Source: Treponema sp.
GTDB taxonomy: Bacteria > Spirochaetota > Spirochaetia > Treponematales > Treponemataceae
Reading direction: 5' to 3'
Assembly: GCA_016294105.1 (NCBI GenBank)
Contig: JAEDCN010000009.1
Location: forward strand, 4,867 to 68,866
Length of the DNA: 64,000 bases
Made by a program: the position numbers and the translations under genes. The notes under the pieces were generated by a model. It did no database searches. It saw nothing but the letters and a program-made list of their open reading frames with translations, and had not been told where the DNA came from. This document shows, piece by piece, positions 17,491 through 27,483 of this stretch. Positions within the stretch are counted from its first letter, which is position 1, and each line of letters starts with the position of its first letter.

Positions 17491-18036
17491 ATGAGAATTA
17501 CAGGTGGAAAATTACGAGGACGAACAATTAAATGTCCCGATGGAGTTATCCGTCCTGCCATGGACAGAATGCGTGAGTCTCTTTTTTCAATTTTAGGTGA
17601 TTTATCTGGAAAATCTTTTCTGGACTTGTTCTCTGGCTCTGGAACCATTGCCATAGAAGCAGTTTCCCGAGGGGCTAGCCACGTGGAATTGGTAGAAAAA
17701 GACAAAATCAAAATCCAAACAGTATTGAACAATGTTTCTATCACAGAAAAGGAAATGGGACAAAAAATTCGCTGTCATTTTATGGCGGTGGAACTCTTTC
17801 TCAAGCGCTGTAAAAATAAATTTGACATCATTTTCTTTGATCCCCCCTTTCCCTACAAATACCACAAAAGCTTGGTAGAGATGGTGGCAAAGGGAGAATT
17901 ACTAAATCCTGGAGGAGTAGTTCTCATTCACCGTCCCAAAGAAAAGGAAATGCCTGATGCGGTACTCCAACTGGAACGTGGAGACCAACGTGAATACGGC
18001 CGTTCAATCGTAGATTTTTATTTTAATAAGCCATGA
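17491..18036 (+). CDS. rsmD: 16S rRNA (guanine966-N2)-methyltransferase RsmD
   Basis: MRITGGKLRGR...RPAMDRMRESLFSIL and the FFDPPF motif. Confidence 0.88.
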   Translation: MRITGGKLRGRTIKCPDGVIRPAMDRMRESLFSILGDLSGKSFLDLFSGSGTIAIEAVSRGASHVELVEKDKIKIQTVLNNVSITEKEMGQKIRCHFMAVELFLKRCKNKFDIIFFDPPFPYKYHKSLVEMVAKGELLNPGGVVLIHRPKEKEMPDAVLQLERGDQREYGRSIVDFYFNKP

Positions 18037-18097
18037 ATGAATATTGACAAAAAAATGAAATGTGTTAGAATGGAGAACGTGTAAAAGGCACTCTGTT

Positions 18098-18442
18098 ATG
18101 AAAAAGGATTTAGAAAAGGTATTTGAAAAGTTTCAAATGCAGGGAACCTCAGGTTTCATCAAAACTACAGAAAAGCCTACTTCTACCCTCACTTCTGAAC
18201 AAAAGGTTAGTTTAAATCGAAAAGGCAACGTATTGTTCAATCAGGGTGACATTGAGCAAGCCCGCAGAATCTTTATGACTACAGGTTATTCTGACGGCCT
18301 TACTCGAATTGCTGATGTCTATGCAAGCCAAAATCGAGAACTTGATGCGCTCAAGTTGTATATTTTGGCTCATAATAAAAGGAGATCCGAGGTGCTTTTA
18401 GAAAAAATTGCATCTGTGATTTCAAAACTTATCATAGAATGA
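18098..18442 (+). CDS. Small TPR/Sel1-like repeat protein
   Basis: I prefer the ATG at 18098 (MKKDLEKV). It has a single TPR-like helical repeat region. Confidence 0.5.
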   Translation: MKKDLEKVFEKFQMQGTSGFIKTTEKPTSTLTSEQKVSLNRKGNVLFNQGDIEQARRIFMTTGYSDGLTRIADVYASQNRELDALKLYILAHNKRRSEVLLEKIASVISKLIIE

Positions 18443-18457
18443 AGGAATAGTTAAAAG

Positions 18458-19624
18458 ATGGAAAATTTTTCCCCCACAACTGTTGTACCCGAAGATTTTC
18501 AGGGCCCCATGATGCATCACGAACATGCACCACAAGATTCCAAGGCTGCTGAAATCGCTGAATTGTCAAAGAGGGGATACCACCTTCTGAAAGACAACAG
18601 AATTGATGAGGCAAACGAAGCCTTCCACACCATTCTCAGTCTAGAAGAAAACAACAACTACGCATTGGTGGGACTTGGAGATGCAGAACGAAAGCAAAAT
18701 CACTTTCGTGAGGCTATCAAGTATTACACCCAGTGTTTGAACTATCATGCTTCCAACAACTATGCCCTCTTTGGACTGGCAGATTGTTACAAGGCCTTGA
18801 ATCAGTATCACAAGGCAATTGATATTTGGGAGCAGTACCTTGTGCACGATGACCGCAACATCACCGTCTTGACCCGCGTGGCAGATGCCTACCGCAAGAT
18901 TCGTGAGTTCAAGAAATCAAAGCAGCTGTATTTGCGTGTTCTTGACATGGAAGAAAACAACGCATATGCCCTTATCGGTTTGGGTCACCTCCACTACGAC
19001 TTCAAAGAATATCGTGATGCCTTGTACTACTGGACAAAAATGTTGGAGCTCAACGAGCAGAATGCTGATATTCGTGTATTGACTTCCATCGGAAACTGCC
19101 ATCGCAAGCTGAAAACCTTTGAAAAGGGTGTATATTACTTTGAGCGGGCCTTGGAGGTGGAACCAGGAAACTTCTATGCCCTCTTTGGTTTGGCAGACTG
19201 CTATCGTGGAATGAACCAACAGTTCCGTTCCATCGAATACTGGAACAAGATTTTGGAGAAGGATTCCAACAACAAGGTTATCCTGACCCGTGCTGGTGAT
19301 GCCTACCGCAGTATTGGAGATTATGAGCGAGCTGTTGAATATTACAACAAGGCTCTGGACATTGAATTTGACCTGTATGCAGTTCTGGGATTGGCTCTCA
19401 TTAGCAAGAGCACAGGAAAATACGAGGATGCAGCCAACAGCTTGTCCCGCTTGATTCAGTCCGACCCCAGAAACTACCGCTTCTACATCGATTTGGCTGA
19501 CTGCTACATGAAGATGAACCGTCGTACCCAGGCCATTGAAGTACTTGAAAGCTTCCATCGTCAGGGAATCAGAAGCCAGTCAGTAAACGAAATGCTGGAT
19601 AGGATTCTCTCCAACCAATATTAA
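18458..19624 (+). CDS. Tetratricopeptide repeat protein
   Basis: 388 aa made of about 9 recurring units of the type NNYALxGLADCYxxxxxxxxAIxYW. Confidence 0.85.
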   Translation: MENFSPTTVVPEDFQGPMMHHEHAPQDSKAAEIAELSKRGYHLLKDNRIDEANEAFHTILSLEENNNYALVGLGDAERKQNHFREAIKYYTQCLNYHASNNYALFGLADCYKALNQYHKAIDIWEQYLVHDDRNITVLTRVADAYRKIREFKKSKQLYLRVLDMEENNAYALIGLGHLHYDFKEYRDALYYWTKMLELNEQNADIRVLTSIGNCHRKLKTFEKGVYYFERALEVEPGNFYALFGLADCYRGMNQQFRSIEYWNKILEKDSNNKVILTRAGDAYRSIGDYERAVEYYNKALDIEFDLYAVLGLALISKSTGKYEDAANSLSRLIQSDPRNYRFYIDLADCYMKMNRRTQAIEVLESFHRQGIRSQSVNEMLDRILSNQY

Positions 19625-19625
19625 T

Positions 19626-20714
19626 ATGAACGATTGTCTCAAGCCAGAAGGTTGCACTGCTCCCCAGGAGGATTGCAACCTTTCTTGCATACAAAATCCA
19701 CACACAAAAAAAGCTTTGGCAGGACTTCTGCCAGAGGAATTAGCCCAGTTGCCCGGAGTGCAGCCAGTGTTCCGGGGAATGCAGCTATTCAAATGGATTG
19801 CATCTGGGGTCACTTCCTTTTCTGAAATGCAGAATCTTCCCAAAAATCTGCGCCAACAGCTGGAGCAGGATTGTTGCATCCGTTCTTCCTTTGTAAGCAA
19901 GAAGCTGGTGGATCCAGACGGAACCGTAAAGCTTCAGCTTACCCTCCATGACGGAAAGTGCGTGGAAACGGTGCTGCTCACCGACAAGGAAGGGCGAAGA
20001 ACTGCCTGTGTTTCTTGTCAGGTTGGCTGTGGCATGGCCTGTGCCTTTTGCCAAACAGGACGCTTGGGCTTTAGCCGTAACCTAGAGGCGGCGGAAATAG
20101 TGGAGCAATTCCAATTTTTGGAAGAAACCGTAGGAAAGCTGGACAACATCGTGTTTATGGGTATGGGAGAGCCCATGCTGAACCTGACAGCCATCCGTAA
20201 GGCTGTTGCTGTGCTTACCCATTCACAGGGCAGGAATCTTTCTGGCCGCCGTATTACCCTTTCCACCTGTGGAATTGTTTCTGGAATCTATGATTTGGCA
20301 GACAATGGACCTGCCCTGCGCCTTGCAGTTTCGCTTACCACCGCCGATGAAGCTCTACGTCAACAGCTGATGCCAGTGACGGCAGGCAATCCCCTTCCCA
20401 AACTCAAAGAAGCTATTGCCTACTACATCCAAAAAACAGGACGTCGATGCACCTTGGAGGCAGCTTTGCTGGCAGGAAAGAATACTGGACGTGAAAGTGC
20501 CCAGCGGCTCATAGATTTTGCCCGAGATTTGAACTGCCACGTAAATCTCATTCCCTGGAATCCCGTGGAAGGACTGCCCTTCCAAGAGCCTTCCGCTAAG
20601 GAATGTAAGAATTTTATCCTTCAGCTGGAGCATGCTGGGGTAAATGTAACCCTGCGCCACCGCAGAGGACGAAAAATTGGCGGAGCCTGCGGACAGTTGG
20701 GAAAAACAGAATAG
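19626..20714 (+). CDS. rlmN: 23S rRNA/tRNA adenine-C2 methyltransferase RlmN (radical SAM)
   Basis: Motifs CVSCQVGCGMACAFCQTG and GMGEP, with the C-terminal GACGQL. Confidence 0.92.
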   Translation: MNDCLKPEGCTAPQEDCNLSCIQNPHTKKALAGLLPEELAQLPGVQPVFRGMQLFKWIASGVTSFSEMQNLPKNLRQQLEQDCCIRSSFVSKKLVDPDGTVKLQLTLHDGKCVETVLLTDKEGRRTACVSCQVGCGMACAFCQTGRLGFSRNLEAAEIVEQFQFLEETVGKLDNIVFMGMGEPMLNLTAIRKAVAVLTHSQGRNLSGRRITLSTCGIVSGIYDLADNGPALRLAVSLTTADEALRQQLMPVTAGNPLPKLKEAIAYYIQKTGRRCTLEAALLAGKNTGRESAQRLIDFARDLNCHVNLIPWNPVEGLPFQEPSAKECKNFILQLEHAGVNVTLRHRRGRKIGGACGQLGKTE

Positions 20715-20863
20715 TAATTTTATCAAAAAAAATTCCACCTTTCTCTGTTTTTTTTTAACAAATGCTAAATTTTAGTAAACACAACTTCAATTCCAGTGTA
20801 AATCCCTTGAAAAAAATGAAAAAATACAGTATTTTAAGGTATCTTTAGACAAGAGGAGTTACC

Positions 20864-21073
20864 ATGCAGAAAAAGATTTACGTTGCAGGACTGATTGACG
20901 AACAAGGAGAGCAGTCTGTAAATCAAGCGGTGGCTGCTATTTCTGGTGTCACCTCATGTACTGCCAGTGCCATGAAGGCTCAGGTTCTTGTAGATTACGA
21001 TGAAGCTGTAGCTGGTATAGAAGATTCCATTAATCAGGCCATAAAAGGTGTTGGTTTGGAAGTTTTAGCTTAA
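20864..21073 (+). CDS. HMA (heavy-metal-associated)-fold small protein lacking the CxxC metal site
   Basis: 69 aa. VAGLIDEQGEQSVNQAVAAISGV aligns by eye to the canonical V-G-M-T-C-x-x-C...GV segment, with both Cys replaced. Confidence 0.55.
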   Translation: MQKKIYVAGLIDEQGEQSVNQAVAAISGVTSCTASAMKAQVLVDYDEAVAGIEDSINQAIKGVGLEVLA

Positions 21074-21096
21074 ATCCTATAATTCAAATATGAAAG

Positions 21097-21132
21097 AAAG
21101 CCCTAGGTTTTGAAAACACCGAGGGCTTTTTT
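21097..21132 (+). terminator. Rho-independent terminator
   Basis: AAAGCCCT...AGGGCTTT stem followed by a T-run. Confidence 0.75.
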
Positions 21133-21169
21133 AATACATTCCCACTAAAAAACTGGTAAAAAGTCACAT

Positions 21170-21844
21170 CTACCGTTCTTTAATCCAGCCCTTTTCTATG
21201 GCAGCAGCAACTTGTGATTCAAGCCAAGGCCACAGTGCAGGAGTTCCCGTTTTCACTGGTGCCATGCGTCGATATACTTGTTCCTTGGTAACAGTTCCCA
21301 GCTTCCAGGTATGACCCTCTGTCAGTACGTTGTGCATAAAGGGCTGGATTCGGTCAAGGCTAGCGGCAAAGCGAGAATCTGCAGTGTTCATGGCATCGAA
21401 TTCCTCCCACAGCTGACGCAATTCCTGTCCCTGTTCTTTGTCCAGCATACCAAATAGCTTTTCTGCAGCAGCTTCTTCTCGCTGGGCCTTATCTTGATTG
21501 GCAGCTGCATCAAAGGCAAAGGTGTCTCCCGCATAAATCTCAATCAGGTCGTGAACCGTCACCATAGCCAACACTCGCCCTAGATTCACTGGTTCTGCAG
21601 CATATTCTTCCAGTACAATGGCCATAAGCGCCAAATGCCAGGAATGTTCCGCATCATTTTCCCGACGGGAGCTGTCGGTCAAAATAGTTCTACGGAAAAT
21701 GTTCTTTAACTTGTCCACCTCCGCAATAAAAATCATCTGCTGCTGGAGCTTCTTTGGAAAATCCTTTACTGCAGAAAAATTAAAGACCTGTTCAATTTGA
21801 TTCGGTGTAATGTGGTGTATCACAGCAGGATCTGAGGGAATCAT
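21170..21844 (-). CDS. HD-domain phosphohydrolase (YfbR-like)
   Basis: Motifs ENDAEHSWHLA and VHDLIEIYAGDT. Confidence 0.8.
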   Translation of the reverse strand: MIPSDPAVIHHITPNQIEQVFNFSAVKDFPKKLQQQMIFIAEVDKLKNIFRRTILTDSSRRENDAEHSWHLALMAIVLEEYAAEPVNLGRVLAMVTVHDLIEIYAGDTFAFDAAANQDKAQREEAAAEKLFGMLDKEQGQELRQLWEEFDAMNTADSRFAASLDRIQPFMHNVLTEGHTWKLGTVTKEQVYRRMAPVKTGTPALWPWLESQVAAAIEKGWIKER

Positions 21845-21891
21845 AATGCCTCCAAATAAAAGGCCACCCTTTCTAGGATGGCCAAAAAATT

Positions 21892-22425
21892 CTAGTATTT
21901 GCTATCAGCGTAGCCTAACCAACCGTCATTTTCAATCAGCGCCTTTTCAAAGCCTGCTAATCGGAAGATATAGCTCTTTGAAAGGCTACCAGAAATCAAC
22001 TTTACCTTGGCAGTATCATCATCATTAATGATAATGGCACACTCTGTATCCTTGTCTGCAAAGGTGTGGAAGATGTCCTCCACGTCACGCTCAGATAACT
22101 CAATGGCCAGCATTCCGCAGTTGTACATATTCTGGCGGAAGATACGGGCAAAGTTGGGAGCAACCACCACGTTGATTCCGTTTACCTCCAAAGCCCAAGG
22201 AGCATGCTCACGGGAAGAACCACAACCAAAGTTCTCCCGAGTGATAATAACCTTTTTTCCAGGAACGTCAGCCTTAGGATCAAAGCCATCTAACTTTAGA
22301 TCTTCCAACAAATAAGGTTTTAATGCCTGCTTTGAGATTTCTGTCAAATACTTGGCGGGAATAATCTCGTCGGTATTGATGTCTGATCTATCTAAAAAAA
22401 GAACCTGTCCTCCAAACTGCTTCAT
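21892..22425 (-). CDS. Aconitase-family dehydratase small subunit (LeuD-like)
   Basis: The pattern NFGCGSSREHAPWAL is characteristic. It lies 1 nt downstream of the large-subunit gene. Confidence 0.88.
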   Translation of the reverse strand: MKQFGGQVLFLDRSDINTDEIIPAKYLTEISKQALKPYLLEDLKLDGFDPKADVPGKKVIITRENFGCGSSREHAPWALEVNGINVVVAPNFARIFRQNMYNCGMLAIELSERDVEDIFHTFADKDTECAIIINDDDTAKVKLISGSLSKSYIFRLAGFEKALIENDGWLGYADSKY

Positions 22426-22426
22426 C

Positions 22427-23731
22427 TTAGCACTCCTTGTACAATGGTGAGTTGGTAATAGTACCTGTTATAGCGGCAGCAGCGGCACTGGCAGGACTCA
22501 TCAAGTGAACCATGCCTCCCTTACCCATGCGTCCGTTGAAGTTTCGGTTAGTGGTGGAAGCACACACCTCGTTTTCTGCAAGAACACCGTTACTCATACC
22601 AAGACAAGCACCACAAGTGGGATTGGTAACACAGAAGCCAAACTTCATAAAGATGGAAATCAAGCCCTCATCAAGGGCCTGCTGATAAATGGAAGTAGAT
22701 GCAGGGGAAAGAATTCCACGAACACCAAAGGCCATGGTCTTACCCTCATCAAGGGCCTGCTTCAATACAGCGGCTGCAACCCGCAGGTCTTCAATACGGC
22801 CGTTGGTGCAGGAACCGATATACACCTGGTCAACCTTTGTTCCAGCAAACTCCTTCACAGGCTTTACCTGATCGGGCTTGTATCCAAAGGTAGCTACAGG
22901 CTCCAGATTGGAAAGATCAAAGGTATATACCTTTTCGTACTGGGCATCATCGTCAGAAACCCACTGGCTGTATTCCTGCAGGGCTGCTTCCTTGGACTCA
23001 AACTCATCCTTAATGAAGGGCCACAGGTATTCTACAGTTGTCATGTCGGGCATACAGATACCGCTGGTGGCTCCTGCCTCAACAGCCATGTTACAGATAG
23101 TCATGCGAGCTTCCATGGACATGGCATCCACAATAGGACCAGCAAATTCCATAACGCAGTTGGTGGCTCCGTTCACTCCAATCTGGGAAATGATGAACAG
23201 AATAACGTCCTTGGCATAAACACCTTCAGCCAGCTTTCCTTCCAACTGGAACTTAATGGTTTTGGGCTCCTTGAAAGAGCACACACCCTTCAGCAATCCA
23301 ACTTCCAAGTCGGTGGTACCAACACCAGCTGCAAAGGCACCAAAGGCACCATGAGTACAAGTGTGGCTGTCTCCCATGATGATGGTATAGCCGGGGCGAA
23401 CAAAGCCCTTCTCTGGGAAGATTGCGTGGCAAACACCATTGGAGCCAATATCAAAGAAGTCCCGAATCTTGTTACGATGAGCCCAATCACGGAGCATCTT
23501 ACCTTGCAGGGCTGTCTTGGAGTCCTTGGCGGGAGTTACGTGGTCAATTACCACTTTGATTTTGGAGGGATCAAAAACCCTGTCCTTCTGTTTTTCCACC
23601 AAGTCGGCAATGGCCACAGGTGTGGTGATTTCATGACAAAAAACCCGGTCAAGCTTGAGAACCCAGGTATCGGCAAAAGGTTTCTCAGCCACGTGGGCAT
23701 CAAAAATCTTTTGGGCAATGGTCTTTCCCAT
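22427..23731 (-). CDS. Aconitase-family dehydratase large subunit (LeuC/HacA-like)
   Basis: 434 aa with MGDSHTCTHGAFGAFA, IGSCTNGR and the CGACLG cluster ligands. Confidence 0.9.
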   Translation of the reverse strand: MGKTIAQKIFDAHVAEKPFADTWVLKLDRVFCHEITTPVAIADLVEKQKDRVFDPSKIKVVIDHVTPAKDSKTALQGKMLRDWAHRNKIRDFFDIGSNGVCHAIFPEKGFVRPGYTIIMGDSHTCTHGAFGAFAAGVGTTDLEVGLLKGVCSFKEPKTIKFQLEGKLAEGVYAKDVILFIISQIGVNGATNCVMEFAGPIVDAMSMEARMTICNMAVEAGATSGICMPDMTTVEYLWPFIKDEFESKEAALQEYSQWVSDDDAQYEKVYTFDLSNLEPVATFGYKPDQVKPVKEFAGTKVDQVYIGSCTNGRIEDLRVAAAVLKQALDEGKTMAFGVRGILSPASTSIYQQALDEGLISIFMKFGFCVTNPTCGACLGMSNGVLAENEVCASTTNRNFNGRMGKGGMVHLMSPASAAAAAITGTITNSPLYKEC

Positions 23732-23832
23732 AATTTTCCTCGTTAAAAATTAATTATATGTAAATTAGTTAAGTAATAATAAAGTTAAATAGGGCAAAAG
23801 TCAAGGTAGAAGCCATGGCTCCTGTGCCCCAC

Positions 23833-24294
23833 TTACCCCTTTCTGCGCACATGGCGGAGTATCGCCACCACAATTCGCTTGCCAGATGTAGCCAAGGCTA
23901 TGGCAAGGGCAATGGCTCCCGCGCAGGTTAAGGTGGAAAATCCCAGCAGCAGGGCTTCTTCCAGATTCCCCTTTACCGTAGCCTCCATGGTCTCAAACAT
24001 GCCACCACCAGGCACCAAGGGGAGAAGTCCGGGCACCAGATAAATGGTAGCGGGCTTTTGTTGCACCCGTGCAAGAATTTCTGAGAGAATGGCCACTATC
24101 AAAGCCCCTAAAAAATAAGCTCGGTTATCCGCCACCCCGCTGGCAGGCAAAAAGGCAGTATAGATTGCCCAGCCTAACCCTCCCACCAAGGCTCCCCACA
24201 CAATATTGTAGCGACTGATATTGAAGCAATAGGATAAGGCTGCAGCAGCCCCTGCTCCCCACAAGGCTGCCAGCACTAATTTATACCACAACAT
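23833..24294 (-). CDS. Threonine/serine exporter family protein (ThrE C-terminal, DUF3815-like half)
   Basis: A hydrophobic multi-pass protein. I prefer the ATG at 24294 (MLWYKLV), which overlaps the stop of the upstream half by 14 nt. Confidence 0.7.
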   Translation of the reverse strand: MLWYKLVLAALWGAGAAAALSYCFNISRYNIVWGALVGGLGWAIYTAFLPASGVADNRAYFLGALIVAILSEILARVQQKPATIYLVPGLLPLVPGGGMFETMEATVKGNLEEALLLGFSTLTCAGAIALAIALATSGKRIVVAILRHVRRKG

Positions 24295-25054
24295 GAGAAA
24301 ACACCAACAATCCAACAACGGAGCCTACCGACAAGCCTGTAGCCACCATAAAGGCATCCATCAAGCGAGCAGTACCTGCCATCAAGTCACCAGCAATCAA
24401 GTCACGGATGGAATTTACCAAGGCAAGACCAGGCACCACCTGCATTAAGGCAGCCGTCATCATCTGTACCGACTGGGGAACAATTCCTAAAACATAGATA
24501 AGCTGGCAAGCAATGGAAATAAAACCTCCGCTCATAACAGAAAGAATAAAGGAGTTCAAATTGAATTTTCCAATCCAAAGCAAAAACATCCGTAGCAAAA
24601 ATCCCACCACAAAAGCACAAATCGCCTGGGAAAGGCTACAGCCAAACATGAGACCAAAGAAAAAGCCAGTAAATCCACCCATAAGCACCAAACTCCAAAA
24701 GCTGTGGTCGGGAGAATGGTCGATTCGCTCCAGCATCCGAGAAACAAGAAGCAAGTCGGAATTAAAGCCTCGTTGAACAAGCCTGCGGGACAGGTCGTTC
24801 AGAAGGGCTATTTTCCTCAAATTTACCGTGCGGTTTGTAATACGACGCATGGCAGTGTGACTGCAATGATCCTTGTCCTGCACCGTTACCATCACTAAGG
24901 TGGGAGTTACAAAGGCAGAGGCTGACCGTGCCCCCATGGAACGAGCCATCCGAACGCAGGTTTCCTCTGCCCGATAGGTTTCTCCTCCATTTTCTAGCAC
25001 CATGGAACCAGCTTGCACTGCAATCTCCATTATCTGTTCTATGTATACGCTCAC
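24281..25054 (-). CDS. Threonine/serine exporter family protein (ThrE N-terminal, DUF1212-like half)
   Basis: The N-terminal soluble region GGETYRAEE is followed by TM helices. It is paired with the downstream half. Confidence 0.75.
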   Translation of the reverse strand: MSVYIEQIMEIAVQAGSMVLENGGETYRAEETCVRMARSMGARSASAFVTPTLVMVTVQDKDHCSHTAMRRITNRTVNLRKIALLNDLSRRLVQRGFNSDLLLVSRMLERIDHSPDHSFWSLVLMGGFTGFFFGLMFGCSLSQAICAFVVGFLLRMFLLWIGKFNLNSFILSVMSGGFISIACQLIYVLGIVPQSVQMMTAALMQVVPGLALVNSIRDLIAGDLMAGTARLMDAFMVATGLSVGSVVGLLVFSHVVV

Positions 25055-25142
25055 AAATCAAGTATACCAGATTTCTACTTGTAAAACTATTGATTATGGG
25101 CTATTATGTTGGGAAACGAATAACTTTTTTTAATGAGGTTGA

Positions 25143-26342
25143 TTGGTGTCTAAAATTCAGATGAAAAATGCCATCGCAGAGCTTGATGGCGATGAAATGA
25201 CTCGTATTCTATGGAAGGTTATAAAGGACAAGTTGTTGCTTCCTTTTGTTGATTTAAAGGTGGAATATTATGACTTGGGTCTTAAGGAACGAGATGACTC
25301 TGAAGATGCTGTCACCTACAAGGCTGCTGAGGCAATCAAGCGTCTTGGAGTCGGTGTAAAATGTGCTACCATCACCTCTAATGCAGCTCGTGTACAGGAA
25401 TACAATCTCAAAGGCTTAACCCCTAGCCCCAACGGAATTATCCGTGCCGAATTGGACGGTACCGTATTCCGCAAGCCCATTATTGTGGATAACATCAAGG
25501 GAACTGTTTCTTGCTGGAAAAAGCCCTTGATTCTCGGTCGTCATGCCTATGGAGACGTATACAAGAATTGCGAAATTGCTGTTGACGGTCCTGGAAAGGC
25601 TGAACTGGTATTTACCGCTGCCGACGGAACAGAAATCCGCAAAACCATCATGGAAATGAAGGGACCTGGTATTCTCCAGGGAATCCACAATACAGATAAA
25701 TCAATTGAGAGCTTTGCTCGATGCTGCTTCTTCTACGGTCTTTCCGAAAAGGTTGATGTATGGTTTGCCACCAAGGACACCATCAGCAAGACCTACGACG
25801 GACGTTTCAAAGAGATTTTCCAGCAGGTATACGACAAGGAGTTTAAGGCCGAATTTGAAAAGGCTGGTTTGGAATACTTCTATACCCTCATTGACGACGC
25901 TGTAGCCCGTGTTATGCAGAGTCCCGGTGGCTTCCTGTGGGCCTGCAAGAACTACGACGGTGACGTTATGAGTGACATGGTGGCCTCTGCCAGTGGAAGC
26001 CTTGCCATGATGACCAGCGTTCTTGTTTCTCCCGATGGACATTTTGAATACGAGGCTGCCCACGGAACAGTTCAGCGTCATTATTACAGATACTTAAAGG
26101 GAGAGAAAACTTCTACCAACCCTGTCGCCCTTATTTTTGCTTGGACTGGAGCCCTTGCAAAGCGTGGTGAATTGGACGGAACCCAGGAGTTGGTTGATTT
26201 TGCCCAAAAGCTTGAACGAGCAACCTTGGAAACAATTGAAGATGGAATCATGACTGGTGACTTGGCTAAAATTGCAAATCCTCCTGCAAAACAGGTTTTG
26301 GATTCATGGCAATTTATCGATGCCATTGTACAGCGTTTATAA
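25143..26342 (+). CDS. icd: NADP-dependent isocitrate dehydrogenase (eukaryote-like IDH1/2 type)
   Basis: ELDGDEMTRILW, then DLGL, CATITSN and NYDGDVMSD. The start is TTG at 25143 or GTG at 25146, after GAGG. Confidence 0.92.
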   Translation: MVSKIQMKNAIAELDGDEMTRILWKVIKDKLLLPFVDLKVEYYDLGLKERDDSEDAVTYKAAEAIKRLGVGVKCATITSNAARVQEYNLKGLTPSPNGIIRAELDGTVFRKPIIVDNIKGTVSCWKKPLILGRHAYGDVYKNCEIAVDGPGKAELVFTAADGTEIRKTIMEMKGPGILQGIHNTDKSIESFARCCFFYGLSEKVDVWFATKDTISKTYDGRFKEIFQQVYDKEFKAEFEKAGLEYFYTLIDDAVARVMQSPGGFLWACKNYDGDVMSDMVASASGSLAMMTSVLVSPDGHFEYEAAHGTVQRHYYRYLKGEKTSTNPVALIFAWTGALAKRGELDGTQELVDFAQKLERATLETIEDGIMTGDLAKIANPPAKQVLDSWQFIDAIVQRL

Positions 26343-26381
26343 ATTTTAACTGAAAATATAAGGGGATTTTCGGAGTTAAAC

Positions 26382-27401
26382 ATGGTAAAAGAGACGTTTA
26401 AAATATTGTGTGCTGATGATAGCGTTTCTATTAGAACCTATCTGACGGAGTTGCTGCAATCTTGGGGCTATACTGTTACCGCTTGTTGTAATGGAAAGGA
26501 AGCATGGGAAACCTATCAAAGGGATCCATCCTTCTCTGTCTTCTTGTTGGACTGGGTTATGCCTGAAATGAACGGACTTGAAGCTTGTAAGCTCATCCGT
26601 CAGGCTGAAGACACCGGCTACAAGTACATCATTATGCTTACCAGCAAGGATTCCACCGAGAATATCGTAGAAGCCTTGAATTCTGGTGCAGATGATTATT
26701 TGACAAAGCCCTTTCATCCTGCTGAACTAAAGGCTCGTATTCATACAGCCTATCGTTTCTTTGAGTATGAGCAGAAGCAACAGTCTATTGCCAATGAAAC
26801 TCGTTTTGCATGTTACCAGGCCTTGACTGAATTGGCTGAAGCACGAGATTATGAAACTGGACAGCACCTGTCCAGAGTTTCTACTATGTCTCGACTTTTG
26901 GCAAAACAGTTGGGTCAGGACGAAAATTTCTTGAAGCAAATTGAGCTCTTTGCTCCCATGCACGATATTGGTAAGGTTGGTATTCCCGATGGTATCCTTC
27001 ATCTTCCCCGTAAGCTTACCCCTCAGGAATTCGACATCATCAAGACCCATACCTCCATTGGATATGATATCTTGAAAGGCAAGCCTACTATGGAAATGGC
27101 TGCTGATATTGCTCATTATCATCACGAAAAATGGAATGGCTGCGGTTATCCAGAGGGCTTGAAAGGAGAAGAAATTCCCCTGTGTAGTCGCATTGTATCC
27201 ATCATCGATGTGTATGATGCCTTGCGTGCCATTCGTCCCTACAAGAAGGAGTATACCCACCAAGATTCTGTAGATTTAATTTACAGGGAAAGCGGTATCT
27301 CCTTTGATCCTACCGTAGTGGCTGCCTTTAAGGAAATTGAGCACGACATTAAAAAGCTCTTTGATGAATCCTACAAGACCTTTGCTGAAACACCAAACTA
27401 A
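26382..27401 (+). CDS. Response regulator with an HD-GYP (RpfG-type) output domain
   Basis: The receiver domain has LLDWVMPEMNG. The output domain has HDIGKVGIPD and HHEKWNGCGYPEG. Confidence 0.9.
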   Translation: MVKETFKILCADDSVSIRTYLTELLQSWGYTVTACCNGKEAWETYQRDPSFSVFLLDWVMPEMNGLEACKLIRQAEDTGYKYIIMLTSKDSTENIVEALNSGADDYLTKPFHPAELKARIHTAYRFFEYEQKQQSIANETRFACYQALTELAEARDYETGQHLSRVSTMSRLLAKQLGQDENFLKQIELFAPMHDIGKVGIPDGILHLPRKLTPQEFDIIKTHTSIGYDILKGKPTMEMAADIAHYHHEKWNGCGYPEGLKGEEIPLCSRIVSIIDVYDALRAIRPYKKEYTHQDSVDLIYRESGISFDPTVVAAFKEIEHDIKKLFDESYKTFAETPN

Positions 27402-27436
27402 TATTAGGTTTTGAACAGGTTTAGTTTCTAAAACGG

Positions 27437-27483
27437 AAAAAGCCCAACTGGAGAGCAAATCTCATCAAGTTGGGCTTTTTTTA
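27437..27483. terminator. Bidirectional terminator between convergent genes
   Basis: AAAAAGCCCAACT...AGTTGGGCTTTTTTT. Confidence 0.8.

Noticed and set aside
22505-23746. A 413-aa plus-strand ORF
   Set aside because: It is antisense to the clearly identifiable aconitase-family large subunit and has no motifs of its own.
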